A DNA stretch of 53,389 nt from Candidatus Eiseniibacteriota bacterium (GTDB lineage: Bacteria; Orphanbacterota; Orphanbacteria; Orphanbacterales; Orphanbacteraceae), in contig JBDROZ010000050.1 in NCBI GenBank assembly GCA_043809585.1, positions 1 through 53,389 on the forward strand, read 5' to 3'. The first letter of the stretch is position 1. Each line of letters begins with the position of its first letter. The notes below the pieces were generated by a model, which saw only the letters and a program-made list of their open reading frames with translations, had not been told where the DNA came from and searched no databases. Shown piece by piece: positions 15,878-25,266 of this stretch. A program made the translations under genes and the position numbers.

Positions 15878-18800
15878 CTACAGGGGATCCCCGATCAGCA
15901 CGAATCCCGACCAGTAGGCGGGATGCCGGAAGGGTCGCCGCCCCTCGTCGTCCGTGAGATTGCGGAGCCACTGTTTCGCTTCCCGGAGCGCCTCCGCCTT
16001 CGGCACGGGGGCTCCCCGCCACTGCGAGCGATCGCCCTCGTAAGATCCCGTCAGGTTCTCGTAGAAGCGCTTCATGAGCAGGCAGGTCGCCCGGTCCTCC
16101 GCCCTCCAGAGGCTGACCAGGAGGCTCCTCGCCCCCGCCTGAAGGAACGCGTAGGAGAGCCCGATGTATCCTTCTCCGGGGGCTTCCCTCCCGAGCGCCG
16201 TGTGGCAGCCGCTCAGGGTGACGAGGTCCGCGTCCAGTTTCCATTCGCGCACGATCTCCTGAGCCGTCAGGAGGCCGTCGATGATCCTCTTGCCCGACAT
16301 CACCGATTCGAGAGGGTCGGGCAGGTTCGATCGGGAGAGAACGAGGGCCGAGCGCTCCGGCAGGTCGTCGTCCACGAATGCATGGGTCGCGAGATGAATC
16401 AGATCGAAGCCCTCGAGGGCGCCCTCTCCGGCGAGCCTCACCAGCTCCTGCTCCGTCGCGTCGGGACCGAGGAGGGTGGTCGCCTGCGGAAGGACGCCGG
16501 CGATCCCCTCCACCTCCTCCCTCGTCCAGGGGAGACGGGGCAGACCGGCCAGCGCCTCCGGGCTCCCGGCAAGGGCGCTCCGGAGCACGACCCCCTCGGG
16601 GAGCAAACCGCCCCGGTCGAACCTCATCCCGTGCCGCAGGGCGGCGATCGTTTCCTCCCGCTCCATCGCGGCCAACTGATCGGCATGGAAGGGGGGGTCT
16701 CCGACGAGCAGGGCCCTCCTCGCGGCGGGCGGCTCCCGCCGGCCGGCCTGCTGTTCTTGGATCCAGGCGTGGATCGTCGCGGAGGGGGCGTAGGAGACCG
16801 CGTAGAGCTCGCCCAGGAACGCGCCGGTCGAATCGGCGAGCGCTTCCAGCGGGAGCCCGAGCATCGGGCCGGAAGGAAGGACGATCAGTTTCCCGACCCC
16901 GTCCAGATGGGGGGTCAGCGGACCGACCCAGTCGTTCCAGAGCTTACGGGCGTCCGATTCGACCCGCTCCACCGACCCGACCCGAACCGGCCAGGAGGCT
17001 GCCATCTGGAGGGCTTCCCTGTACGCCTTCGCTCTCTCCATCGGCTTCGGCTCGTTCTTGTGCGTCTTCGGGAAATCGAGGCGGACCCAGCGCACCGGCC
17101 CCGTGTCACGGATGATGTAGCCCCAGCAGGCGTGCCGGTCCCGGGGAAGCGCCGTGTGGAGCCAGCCCATGAACGCCGTTACGGGATCGAGAGAGGCCTG
17201 GACCCTCTCCAACGGATAAACCTGTCCCTCGGCCACGGGATACTTCGAGGCGATCGCCCTCTGGAAGGCCGACCACTCCGCTTCGGCGTCGAAGAGCTGC
17301 GTCCGTGTTTCCACGAGGTCGGAGGACATGTCCGCGGCGGCGCCGTCGACGGACGCCTTTCGAAGGGCGACCATTCGATCTTCGATTCGGCGCAGGGCCC
17401 TCTTCAACGAGTCTTCCCGCTCCTTCTCCGCGCGGTCGAGCGAGCGCTTCTCCGAGGCGATGAGAAGATCGGCGAGGGCGCGGCCGAGGGACGCTTCCGC
17501 CGCGGGCCAGGCCTCCCCGTCGTCACCCATCACGAGTCTCGTCGCCGCGAGGAGAGAGTAGGGAGAAAGCTCGAAGGTGGATTCCGCGCCGGCCCTGAGG
17601 CGGGCCGTCTCGAAGATCCCGGCCGCCTCGGTCAGAAGGGCCTCCGCCCGGGGATAGTCCTCCAGACCGAGCCGGCACCAGCCGAGGGTGGCGATGGCGT
17701 CGGCGACATCCGGATGCTGACGGCCGAGATCCTCCTCGTAGATGGTCCGGGCCCTCTTCAGGATCTCCTCCGATTCCGCGAAGCGGGCCTGCCTCGCCCG
17801 GAGCTTCGAGAAGCCGGTGATGCACTGGGCCAGCTCGAGGCTGGCCGGGCCGACGGCCTTCTCGAGAATCGCCATCGACCTCAGGAAATAGGACTCCCCC
17901 TCGTCGTACCTGCCCCCGGCGGAAAGGAGGCTCGCCAGGTTGTTCAGCGTGATTCCGACGTAAAGATGCTCCGGTCCCAGCACCTTTTCGCGGATCCGGA
18001 GGGCCTGCTCGTAGTACCGCTCGGCGTCGCCGATCCTCCCCTGGGCGCCGCAGATCAGGGCGAGATTGTGAAGGCTCCTCGCCACTTCGGGATGTTCCGG
18101 CCCGAAGGCTTCTTCACGGATCGCCAGCGCGCGCCTCGAGAGCGATTCCGCCTCGCCGTACCGGGACTGCAGAACGTACACGTTCGCGAGGTTGTCCACG
18201 CCGGTCGCGATATCCGGGTGGTCGAAGCCGAGGATCGCCTCCGCGATGCCCAGCGACCTCTTGTAAAGCTCCACGGCCTCGGCGTACCTGCCGTGCTTCT
18301 TGAAGAGGATCGCCAGGTTGTTCATGCTCGCCGCGGTCTTGACGTGCTCGGGACCGTACACGCCTTCGCGTATCCTGAACGCCTCCCAATGAAGGGATTC
18401 GGCTTCGGCGATTCGATCCTGCAGATCGAAGAGTACACCGAGGTTGTTCAGGGTCGACGCCACGGACGGGTCTTCCCGACCGAGGGTCTCGATTCTCACG
18501 CCGAGGGCCCTCTGATAGAGAGACTCCGCCTCGGCGTACCTTCCCATGAACTCGAGGATCACGGCGCAGTTGTTCATCGTCGACGCGGTCGACGGGTGCA
18601 CCTCGCCGTACGCCTCCGTCTTGATGTCCAGGGCGCGCCGGTAAAGCGGTTCCGCCTCCGCGTAGCGCCCCAATTGCCTGTAGAAATTGCCGAGGTTGTT
18701 CAGGCCCGACGCCACCTCGGGATGACTCCCGCCGAGGATCCGCTCGCGAATCTCCAGAAGCCTCTCCACCTCGGCGGCCCCGGCCTCGAAATCCCCGTTC

Positions 18801-19150
18801 CGGTAACGCTGATTCCCGCTCTCCTTCAGCCGGTCCGATTCGGCTACCTCCTCGCGCTCCTCCTCGGGAAGTCGGAGAAACGTCTCGAGCGTCCGGATCA
18901 GCACCTCCGCGTCCACGCTTCTCCACGGCTTCGTCTCCGGATCGTCACGGTACATCTCTCGCAGGGTGTGCGCGTCCCGGAGGGCGTCGTCGTACCGCCC
19001 CAGGATCCGCAATTCGTCGATCCGCTCGGAGAGAGAGTCCGGGGTGGGGAGGTCATCGGCCGTCGCCGCCGCCCGGCCCGGCGAGAGGGTGCCCGCGACG
19101 ACGGTGAGGACCGTCGCGAGGCGCCTCGAGAAGGACCGTCTCGATCTCAT
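15878..19150 (-). CDS. TPR-repeat plus CHAT (caspase-like) protease
   Basis: About nine 42-aa repeats (G..HP.VA..LNNL...Y...GRY.EAE.LY.RAL.I.E); CHAT His motif HLATHA and Cys motif LSGCHT; HPAYWSGF C-terminus; hydrophobic N-terminus. Confidence 0.92.
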   Translation of the reverse strand: MRSRRSFSRRLATVLTVVAGTLSPGRAAATADDLPTPDSLSERIDELRILGRYDDALRDAHTLREMYRDDPETKPWRSVDAEVLIRTLETFLRLPEEEREEVAESDRLKESGNQRYRNGDFEAGAAEVERLLEIRERILGGSHPEVASGLNNLGNFYRQLGRYAEAEPLYRRALDIKTEAYGEVHPSTASTMNNCAVILEFMGRYAEAESLYQRALGVRIETLGREDPSVASTLNNLGVLFDLQDRIAEAESLHWEAFRIREGVYGPEHVKTAASMNNLAILFKKHGRYAEAVELYKRSLGIAEAILGFDHPDIATGVDNLANVYVLQSRYGEAESLSRRALAIREEAFGPEHPEVARSLHNLALICGAQGRIGDAERYYEQALRIREKVLGPEHLYVGITLNNLASLLSAGGRYDEGESYFLRSMAILEKAVGPASLELAQCITGFSKLRARQARFAESEEILKRARTIYEEDLGRQHPDVADAIATLGWCRLGLEDYPRAEALLTEAAGIFETARLRAGAESTFELSPYSLLAATRLVMGDDGEAWPAAEASLGRALADLLIASEKRSLDRAEKEREDSLKRALRRIEDRMVALRKASVDGAAADMSSDLVETRTQLFDAEAEWSAFQRAIASKYPVAEGQVYPLERVQASLDPVTAFMGWLHTALPRDRHACWGYIIRDTGPVRWVRLDFPKTHKNEPKPMERAKAYREALQMAASWPVRVGSVERVESDARKLWNDWVGPLTPHLDGVGKLIVLPSGPMLGLPLEALADSTGAFLGELYAVSYAPSATIHAWIQEQQAGRREPPAARRALLVGDPPFHADQLAAMEREETIAALRHGMRFDRGGLLPEGVVLRSALAGSPEALAGLPRLPWTREEVEGIAGVLPQATTLLGPDATEQELVRLAGEGALEGFDLIHLATHAFVDDDLPERSALVLSRSNLPDPLESVMSGKRIIDGLLTAQEIVREWKLDADLVTLSGCHTALGREAPGEGYIGLSYAFLQAGARSLLVSLWRAEDRATCLLMKRFYENLTGSYEGDRSQWRGAPVPKAEALREAKQWLRNLTDDEGRRPFRHPAYWSGFVLIGDPL

Positions 19151-19229
19151 GATGGAGTGCTCCCTCTCGTCTCTCCGGGGGCCGGGACCGCACGGACGAT
19201 TCCGGCTTCCCTGAAGTCCCGCCCGGCTC

Positions 19230-20063
19230 TCAAGGACGGGAGCCGGCGACGCTCCGGACCCCGCGGGCGCGGTCGCCCACTTCTCCCCCTTCCTCCGCCA
19301 GGAGATGGAGGAGGGAATCCGCCGCGGTTTCGGCGCCCGACCTTCCATAAGCCAGGTACAGCGTCCACCGGGCTTCGCTCCCCCACGGATCGGGGAGGAT
19401 CTCGGCCGGGACCTTCGATAGAATCTCGATCGCCCGGTCATTCTCTCCCCGCCACGCCCGGGCGCTTCCGAGATAGACATCGCGGATCATTCCGAGGGTC
19501 CCCGAAACTTCCGCCCGTTCAAGCAAATCCACGGCCCGCGAGAGGTCCCGGTCCTCGTAGGCCGCCAGACCGTCGTCGAGGTCGGCGTCGTCGGCCCCAT
19601 CCCCGGGCGCCCGGAAATCGAGTTCGCCCGAGAGGGGCGGGAGCCACCGGAGATCGCCCCGGTCGGGGGGGGCTTCGCGGAAGGGAGAGAGAATCAGGAA
19701 CAGGATCATGGCCGCCGCCGCGGCGCCGCCGGCCAGATAGTAGCGGGGCCGGCGGTTCCTTCCGGCGGGCGGGAGCGGAGCGGGCTCGGTTCTCTCCGCC
19801 TCCTCCTCCGGGAGGGGAACGCCCCGGCCGAGCTTCTCGACGCTGATCTCCCCGCCGTCGCGGGACCGCAGCCTTCTCGTGGCCCGCAGCCGTTCCCGCT
19901 CGGCGGCCATCGCGCGGAATCGGTTCTCGCAATCCGCGCATCCGCCCATGTGGGAAATCGCCGTTTCCGCATCGCTCCCCGTGAGAAGCCCGTGGATCAG
20001 GTCGAGGCATGCGTCTTCATCGAGATGAAGAGAGCCGCCGGAAAAGAAGGTGTTGGGGCTCAT
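19230..20063 (-). CDS. Zinc-finger (zf-HC2) transmembrane anti-sigma factor
   Basis: HMGGCADC (HxxxCxxC); a single TM segment YYLAGGAAAAAMILFLIL; helical C-terminal domain; start overlaps the sigma stop (ATGA). Confidence 0.82.
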   Translation of the reverse strand: MSPNTFFSGGSLHLDEDACLDLIHGLLTGSDAETAISHMGGCADCENRFRAMAAERERLRATRRLRSRDGGEISVEKLGRGVPLPEEEAERTEPAPLPPAGRNRRPRYYLAGGAAAAAMILFLILSPFREAPPDRGDLRWLPPLSGELDFRAPGDGADDADLDDGLAAYEDRDLSRAVDLLERAEVSGTLGMIRDVYLGSARAWRGENDRAIEILSKVPAEILPDPWGSEARWTLYLAYGRSGAETAADSLLHLLAEEGGEVGDRARGVRSVAGSRP

Positions 20064-20869
20064 GGTTCCTTCACCTCTCCTGCGAATCCCGGACCCCGGA
20101 AGGTGGCCCACAGTTCGGCGAAGACGCCGGTCGGCATGTCGAGCGGACGAAACCCCCGGCGGTCCATGCACTGCCGGATCGCCTCCCGGCTCCGCTGCAG
20201 GAGCACATCCACGTGACCGGCCTTGAGACGGATTTCGGGATGGTCGGCGATCTCCTTCGTGGACATTTCGTAGAACACGCGGAAGAACCAGACCAGGCGC
20301 GACCGCGGCTCCAGCTTCCCCGCGCACCCTCGAAGCGCCCTCGCGAACTCCCTCCGCTCCACGAGGACTTCCGGTGAGCCCGTTCCCATCTCGCCGCTCC
20401 TCCGGTCGAAGCGGTCCGGAGCGTCGTCGGTCTGGTCGGCCGGCTCGATCCTCCGCCGATCCAGGTTCAACGCGTCCAGGAGACCGTTTCTCGCGACCTT
20501 GGAAATGAACGCCGCGATTTCCGATTCGAGGCGGCCGTCCATCCTCCACTTTCCATGTTCGGCTCGACGGAGCAGATCTAACGATTTTTCCGAGGCGATG
20601 TCTTCGATGTCTTCTTGGGAGAGCCGTCCCAGCCGAACGGAGTGGTAACGTAGATAGCGGGTCAGCGCCGAGTTCAGGAGCAGCCAGGCCTCGCCCAGAA
20701 GGGCGTCGCGGGACGGGCCATCTCGGCCCGGCTGCAGCATCCGGCACAACTCCCGGATGCGCCGGGGCCAGTGGGGACCGCCCGGTCGGGGCGCAGGTCC
20801 GTTCGAGGCAGCACCGTTCGGATCACCGGTGCCCGGGGGGGACTCGGATTCCTGCATCTCTCTTTCCAT
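20060..20869 (-). CDS. ECF-family RNA polymerase sigma factor
   Basis: Region 2-like EDIEDIA...AFISKVARN.LLD; region 4-like L..C..KLEPRSR.V......EMSTKEIA...V..LLQRSR. Alternative start at 20857. Confidence 0.85.
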   Translation of the reverse strand: MEREMQESESPPGTGDPNGAASNGPAPRPGGPHWPRRIRELCRMLQPGRDGPSRDALLGEAWLLLNSALTRYLRYHSVRLGRLSQEDIEDIASEKSLDLLRRAEHGKWRMDGRLESEIAAFISKVARNGLLDALNLDRRRIEPADQTDDAPDRFDRRSGEMGTGSPEVLVERREFARALRGCAGKLEPRSRLVWFFRVFYEMSTKEIADHPEIRLKAGHVDVLLQRSREAIRQCMDRRGFRPLDMPTGVFAELWATFRGPGFAGEVKEP

Positions 20870-21109
20870 GTCGATCGGCCGGCGGAATCGTCGGCCCCGC
20901 TCGGGGCCGCTCACGACGATGACGCCGAAATCATAGCAGATTCGGGGAGATCGAACCAGGGCACCAGGGACCAGGCGGGATCCTCGGGGCCGCCGTCCTC
21001 GACGAGTGCATCCACTCCGGTTCCGAGGGCCCCGAAATCCTCGATGGAGGCGGCTCCGCGCCTCCTCGTCGGTCGCGCGAATCACCCCGGGCAGCGGCGG
21101 ACATCGCGG

Positions 21110-21146
21110 AAGGGGAAAGGCCCGCCGGGTTCCCCCCGCCGGGCCT
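21110..21146 (-). terminator. Possible intrinsic terminator after the beta-propeller gene
   Basis: AGGCCCG...CGGGCCT stem followed by TTCCCCTT on the minus strand. Confidence 0.45.
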
Positions 21147-21170
21147 CTCGCCGGGGATCGTCGTTCGAGG

Positions 21171-23411
21171 CTACCGGAGCCGGATCGTCTTGATCGTCGA
21201 CTCCCTCCCGTCTTCGACGAGGCGGATGAAGTAGACGCCCGCCGCGGCCGGCGCGCCCTCTTTGTTCGTGCCGTCCCACGATCTTTCGTGGAAGCCGGCC
21301 GGGAGCTTCCCGGAGACGATGGAGCGGACCATCCGCCCGGAGGCGTCGAACACCTCGAGGCGGACCTCCTTCGACCGGTCGAGGCCGAACGCGATCCGGC
21401 TGTCCCGGACGAACGGGTTGGGCGCGGCGCGAAACCCTCGCGTTGACGAGGCCGGCGTCGATTCGGCGGCGGGAGGGACGGCGATGGTCCCCCTCGGGGC
21501 GCGCCAGACGCCGCCCCCCGCGAGCCCGGCGAAGAAGTTCTCGTCATCCGATTCCAGGGCGTAGACGGCGAGGAACTCCCTCAGGCCGCCGCTCTCGTTC
21601 ACCCATGTGGATCCGGTGTCGGTCGAGGCGTACAGGGCGCCCCAACTGCCCGCGAGAATCCGGTCGCCCGCGTCGCAGAGAGAGAAGACGGCGGGACCGT
21701 CGAGCCCCGAAGAGTCCCACTCGGCGTTCGCCTCGTTCCAGCGGCGGACCCCTTTCGACTCGAGGCCGAGGAAGAGCGTGCCGCTCCCGGCGACGAAGCA
21801 CCGCATGTTGAACTCGGGCAGGCCCGTGTTCATGGGGGCCCACTCGCTCTCTCCGTCCGGGAGGACGTACACACCTTCGCCCCAGAGGGCGGCGTAGAGG
21901 GATGTGCCCAGGCGCTCGACGCCCATCACGTTCGCGGGCGGCAGGCCGCTCCCGACCGGGTTCCAGTTCTCGCCGCCGTCGCCGGAGACCTGCACGCCGT
22001 TGCCATAGGTGCCGGCGTAGAGGACCGGGGGGGAGGGGGCGAGGGCGAACACGCCGTTTCCCTGGAGCCCGGCCGACTCCCATGAGGCCCCCTGGTCCGT
22101 CGTCTTCCAAACACCGTTCCACGTCCCCGCGTAGACCGTGCTCCCGCCGCCGGCCATGCGGTGGACGAAGACCTCGCCGAGCCCCTCGACCGAGAGGGTC
22201 CACGTCTCCCCCTGATCGGATGAGACCCACACGCCGCCGCCGTACATTCCGGCGTAGAGGTTCCCCCCGTCCGAGACGATGGACGTGACCACCGGGGCCG
22301 TCATTCCCCCGGAGGCTCGGGACCAGGTGTCCGACAGCGGATCGAAGGCGAAGACGCCCCCGCCGAAGGTCCCGGCGTAGGGGGAGAGCCCCCGGCTCGT
22401 CATGGAGCGGATGTCCCAGTTCCAGAGCCCGTCGTTCACCATGTTCCAGTAGGCCGCCGAGGGATCCCACCGGTAGGCGCCGCCTCCCATGAGCCCCGCA
22501 TAGAGCGTCTGGTCCACTTCGACCACCACGTCCACGTTGTCGTCGTAGAGGCCGTCGTTCAGGGGGACCCACGCGCTGTCCGCGCAGTCGAGGCGGAACA
22601 CACCCCCTTCGTGGGTCGCCAGAAAGAAGGCGCCGTCCGTGGCCGAGAAGGACTGCTGGCCGAAGTCCTGGTAGAGCCCCTGGTTCCAGAGGCTCCAGGC
22701 GAGGTCGTTCGGGTCGAGCCGGTAGATCCCCGCGTCGAGCCGCGCGTAGAGAACGGTCCCGCGGAGCCCGAGAGCGAGGACCCAGGCGGAGGGGAGCCCG
22801 TCGTTCACGAGGGTCCAGGAGGCGCCGCCGTCGTCGGTACGGGCCACCCCGAAGTTACCCCCGGCGTAGACCCGATCGCCGAACCGGCAGGCGGCGAGCG
22901 CCATGATGATCGGGTACCCTTCGTCCGGAATCGTCCCCGTGGTGTACCAGGTCACGGCGTCGTCGTCGGAGCGGAAGACGCCGCCCCCCCAGGTGCCGGC
23001 GTAGACCGCGCCCGGCCCGGCGGCGAGGCTCTGGACCGTGAAGTTGCAGCAGGGCCAGGTCAGCCCGTCGTCCGTCGTCTCCCACGAGGCGCCGCCGTCG
23101 GCGGAGCGCCAGAGCCCGCCGTTCTCCGTGCCGGCGAGGAGGGTTCCCGATGGGGTCGCGACGAGGCAGAAGATGGCGGCCCCCTCGGGGCCTCCGGTCC
23201 ACTCCCAATCAATGGAGCGCCCGGTCTTCGGCGCCCCTGCCGGGGTGATCCGGTTCGGAGCATCGAGGGCAGTGAACGGCGGTGCCGCCGTGAAGGAAAC
23301 GGGCGGGGCGTCCGGAGGGGAGCCCGGCGGGAACAGGCCGGCGGGGGAAGGCGCAGGGAAGGGGAAGAGGAACAGAAGGAGCGCGGAGAAGACGGGGGTC
23401 CAGGAGCGCAT
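21171..23411 (-). CDS. Secreted BNR/Asp-box beta-propeller protein with C-terminal FlgD-Ig/T9SS-like domain
   Basis: RBS GAGGAGG; signal peptide; many YAGT.GGGV..S.D.G.SW...GL repeats; APNPF...WDGT...AGVYFIRL. Confidence 0.88.
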   Translation of the reverse strand: MRSWTPVFSALLLFLFPFPAPSPAGLFPPGSPPDAPPVSFTAAPPFTALDAPNRITPAGAPKTGRSIDWEWTGGPEGAAIFCLVATPSGTLLAGTENGGLWRSADGGASWETTDDGLTWPCCNFTVQSLAAGPGAVYAGTWGGGVFRSDDDAVTWYTTGTIPDEGYPIIMALAACRFGDRVYAGGNFGVARTDDGGASWTLVNDGLPSAWVLALGLRGTVLYARLDAGIYRLDPNDLAWSLWNQGLYQDFGQQSFSATDGAFFLATHEGGVFRLDCADSAWVPLNDGLYDDNVDVVVEVDQTLYAGLMGGGAYRWDPSAAYWNMVNDGLWNWDIRSMTSRGLSPYAGTFGGGVFAFDPLSDTWSRASGGMTAPVVTSIVSDGGNLYAGMYGGGVWVSSDQGETWTLSVEGLGEVFVHRMAGGGSTVYAGTWNGVWKTTDQGASWESAGLQGNGVFALAPSPPVLYAGTYGNGVQVSGDGGENWNPVGSGLPPANVMGVERLGTSLYAALWGEGVYVLPDGESEWAPMNTGLPEFNMRCFVAGSGTLFLGLESKGVRRWNEANAEWDSSGLDGPAVFSLCDAGDRILAGSWGALYASTDTGSTWVNESGGLREFLAVYALESDDENFFAGLAGGGVWRAPRGTIAVPPAAESTPASSTRGFRAAPNPFVRDSRIAFGLDRSKEVRLEVFDASGRMVRSIVSGKLPAGFHERSWDGTNKEGAPAAAGVYFIRLVEDGRESTIKTIRLR

Positions 23412-23547
23412 GGCGGCAACCTCCTCGGGAATCGAAGGATCTCCTCGGAACCTGCCGGGGTGTGATGCGGCGTTTCTTTTTTGTCCGGGATGGGGCGCGA
23501 GGCCGCCGGGCAGGATCGGGCGGCCTCGAGAGACGATTTCAATCCAA

Positions 23548-23556
23548 ATTATAGCA
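23548..23556 (-). promoter_or_regulatory. Extended -10 promoter element
   Basis: TGCTATAAT on the minus strand, about 135 nt upstream of the beta-propeller start. Confidence 0.55.
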
Positions 23557-23764
23557 CCACCCGGGGAATCCTCATAGAAGCGGATTCTTTGCGGAGGCGG
23601 GTCGCCGGAAGGGATGGATCTTCCGCCGCCGCCGGTCTCCGCGCACCGGTGGGAGGTCGTTCGTCCCGCCGGGATCCCGGGCCGGGGAGGCCCGAGCCTG
23701 CCTTCGGGGAACCGCCGGGAGGCGGGGGTCCCGTCCGCCCCGGGAGGTCGAAAACCGGGGTCGA

Positions 23765-23794
23765 TTGACAACCGAGCGAGGGGCGTGTCACCCT
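23765..23794 (+). promoter_or_regulatory. Probable promoter of the GH144-ABC operon
   Basis: TTGACA-18 nt-CACCCT with TG extension; same layout as the lacI promoter. Confidence 0.45.
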
Positions 23795-23820
23795 GACGGT
23801 CAGTGGAGGGAGAACAGCCG

Positions 23821-25266
23821 ATGCATGAGAGGACCCGTTCCCCGGCGCTGCTCGCCATCCCGGCGCTCTTTCTCACCCTCCTCGCCTGCGGGGGGACCCC
23901 CGATTCAACTCCCGCCGGAGCGCCGGAAGACGCCCGGGCCGAGGCCTTTCTCGATACCCTCCAGGAGCGGACCTTCCGGTTCTTCTGGGAACTGTCCGAT
24001 CCCGAGACCGGCCTCACGCCGGACCGGGCCCCTTCCGAGTCGTTCGCGAGCACCGCCGCCGTCGGTTTCGCCCTCACCTCCTATCCGATCGGTGCGGAGC
24101 GGGGATTCGTGACGCGGGCCGAAGCGGCGGAGCGGGTTCTCCGAACCCTCCGCTTCTTCCGGGACGCCCCCCGGGACTCGGCCGTTACGGGGAGCACGGG
24201 ATACCGGGGCCTCTACTATCACTTCCTCGACCGGAAGAGCGGCCACCGCTTCGAGAAGGTCGAGCTCTCCACGGTCGACACGGCGCTCCTCCTCGCGGGG
24301 GCCCTCTTCTGCCAATCGTACTTCGACGGGGAAGGGGGCGGCGAGGCGGAGATCCGGGAGATCGCCGACACCCTCTACGCCCGCGCCGACTGGGACTGGG
24401 CGCGGCCCCGGCCGCCGACGATCGTCCTCGGGTGGACGCCGGAGGAGGGCTTTCTCCCGTACGACTGGCGGGGCTACAACGAGGCGATGATCCTCTACAT
24501 CCTCGCCCTCGGGTCGCCGACCCACCCCGTCGGATCCGAGGCGTGGGAGGCGTGGACGTCGAACTACCGCTGGGGCGACTGCTACGGCCAGGAGCATGTC
24601 GGATTCCCGCCCCTCTTCGGCCACCAGTACACCCACGTCTGGATCGACTTCCGGGGGATCCGGGATCTCTATATGAAGGAGAAAGGAATCGACTACTTCG
24701 AGAACTCCCGGCGGGCCGCCCTCGCCCAGCGGGCGTACGCCGCCCTGAACCCGAACGGATGGAAGGCCTACGGGCCTCTCGCCTGGGGGCTGACCGCCTG
24801 CGACGGCCCGGTGCACGCCGCCCTCGAGTTCGGCGGCGGGACGAGGCAGTTCCACACCTACTGGGCTCGGGGCGCTTCGTTCACGGAGGTCAGGGACGAC
24901 GGCACGATCTGCCCCTCGGGGGCGGCCGCGTCGCTCCCCTTCGCGCCGGAGATCGTGATCCCTACGCTCCTCTCGATGCGGGAAACGTACGGAGAACATC
25001 TGTTCGGCGAGTACGGCTTCCTCGACGCTTTCAATCCTTCCTTCACCTTCGACGTGCAGGTCCAGCACGGCCGGGTCGTGCAGGACGTCGGCTGGTTCGA
25101 CACGGACTACCTCGGCATCGACCAGGGACCGATCGTGGCGATGATCGAGAACTACCGGACCGGACTCGTCTGGGAGACCATGAGACGGAACCCCCACGTC
25201 GTCCGGGGGCTCCGGGCCGCCGGGTTCACCGGCGGGTGGCTCGATTCGTCGCGGGTCGAGCCATGA
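23821..25266 (+). CDS. GH144-family (glucoamylase-like) putative endo-beta-1,2-glucanase, lipoprotein
   Basis: Lipobox LLAC; GLYYHFLD, ELSTVDTALL, YNEAMILY, PLFGHQY.H, WGLTACDGP, YGFLDAFN, GIDQGP..MIENYR. Confidence 0.85.
   Translation: MHERTRSPALLAIPALFLTLLACGGTPDSTPAGAPEDARAEAFLDTLQERTFRFFWELSDPETGLTPDRAPSESFASTAAVGFALTSYPIGAERGFVTRAEAAERVLRTLRFFRDAPRDSAVTGSTGYRGLYYHFLDRKSGHRFEKVELSTVDTALLLAGALFCQSYFDGEGGGEAEIREIADTLYARADWDWARPRPPTIVLGWTPEEGFLPYDWRGYNEAMILYILALGSPTHPVGSEAWEAWTSNYRWGDCYGQEHVGFPPLFGHQYTHVWIDFRGIRDLYMKEKGIDYFENSRRAALAQRAYAALNPNGWKAYGPLAWGLTACDGPVHAALEFGGGTRQFHTYWARGASFTEVRDDGTICPSGAAASLPFAPEIVIPTLLSMRETYGEHLFGEYGFLDAFNPSFTFDVQVQHGRVVQDVGWFDTDYLGIDQGPIVAMIENYRTGLVWETMRRNPHVVRGLRAAGFTGGWLDSSRVEP

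Noticed and set aside
17600-18800. Periodic ~126-nt repeats that could suggest a CRISPR array or DGR
   Set aside because: They are degenerate TPR coding repeats; there are no identical repeats with spacers, cas genes or reverse transcriptase.
15824-19846. 1340-aa ORF on the plus strand
   Set aside because: Antisense shadow of the TPR-CHAT and anti-sigma genes; no motifs, typical of high-GC DNA.
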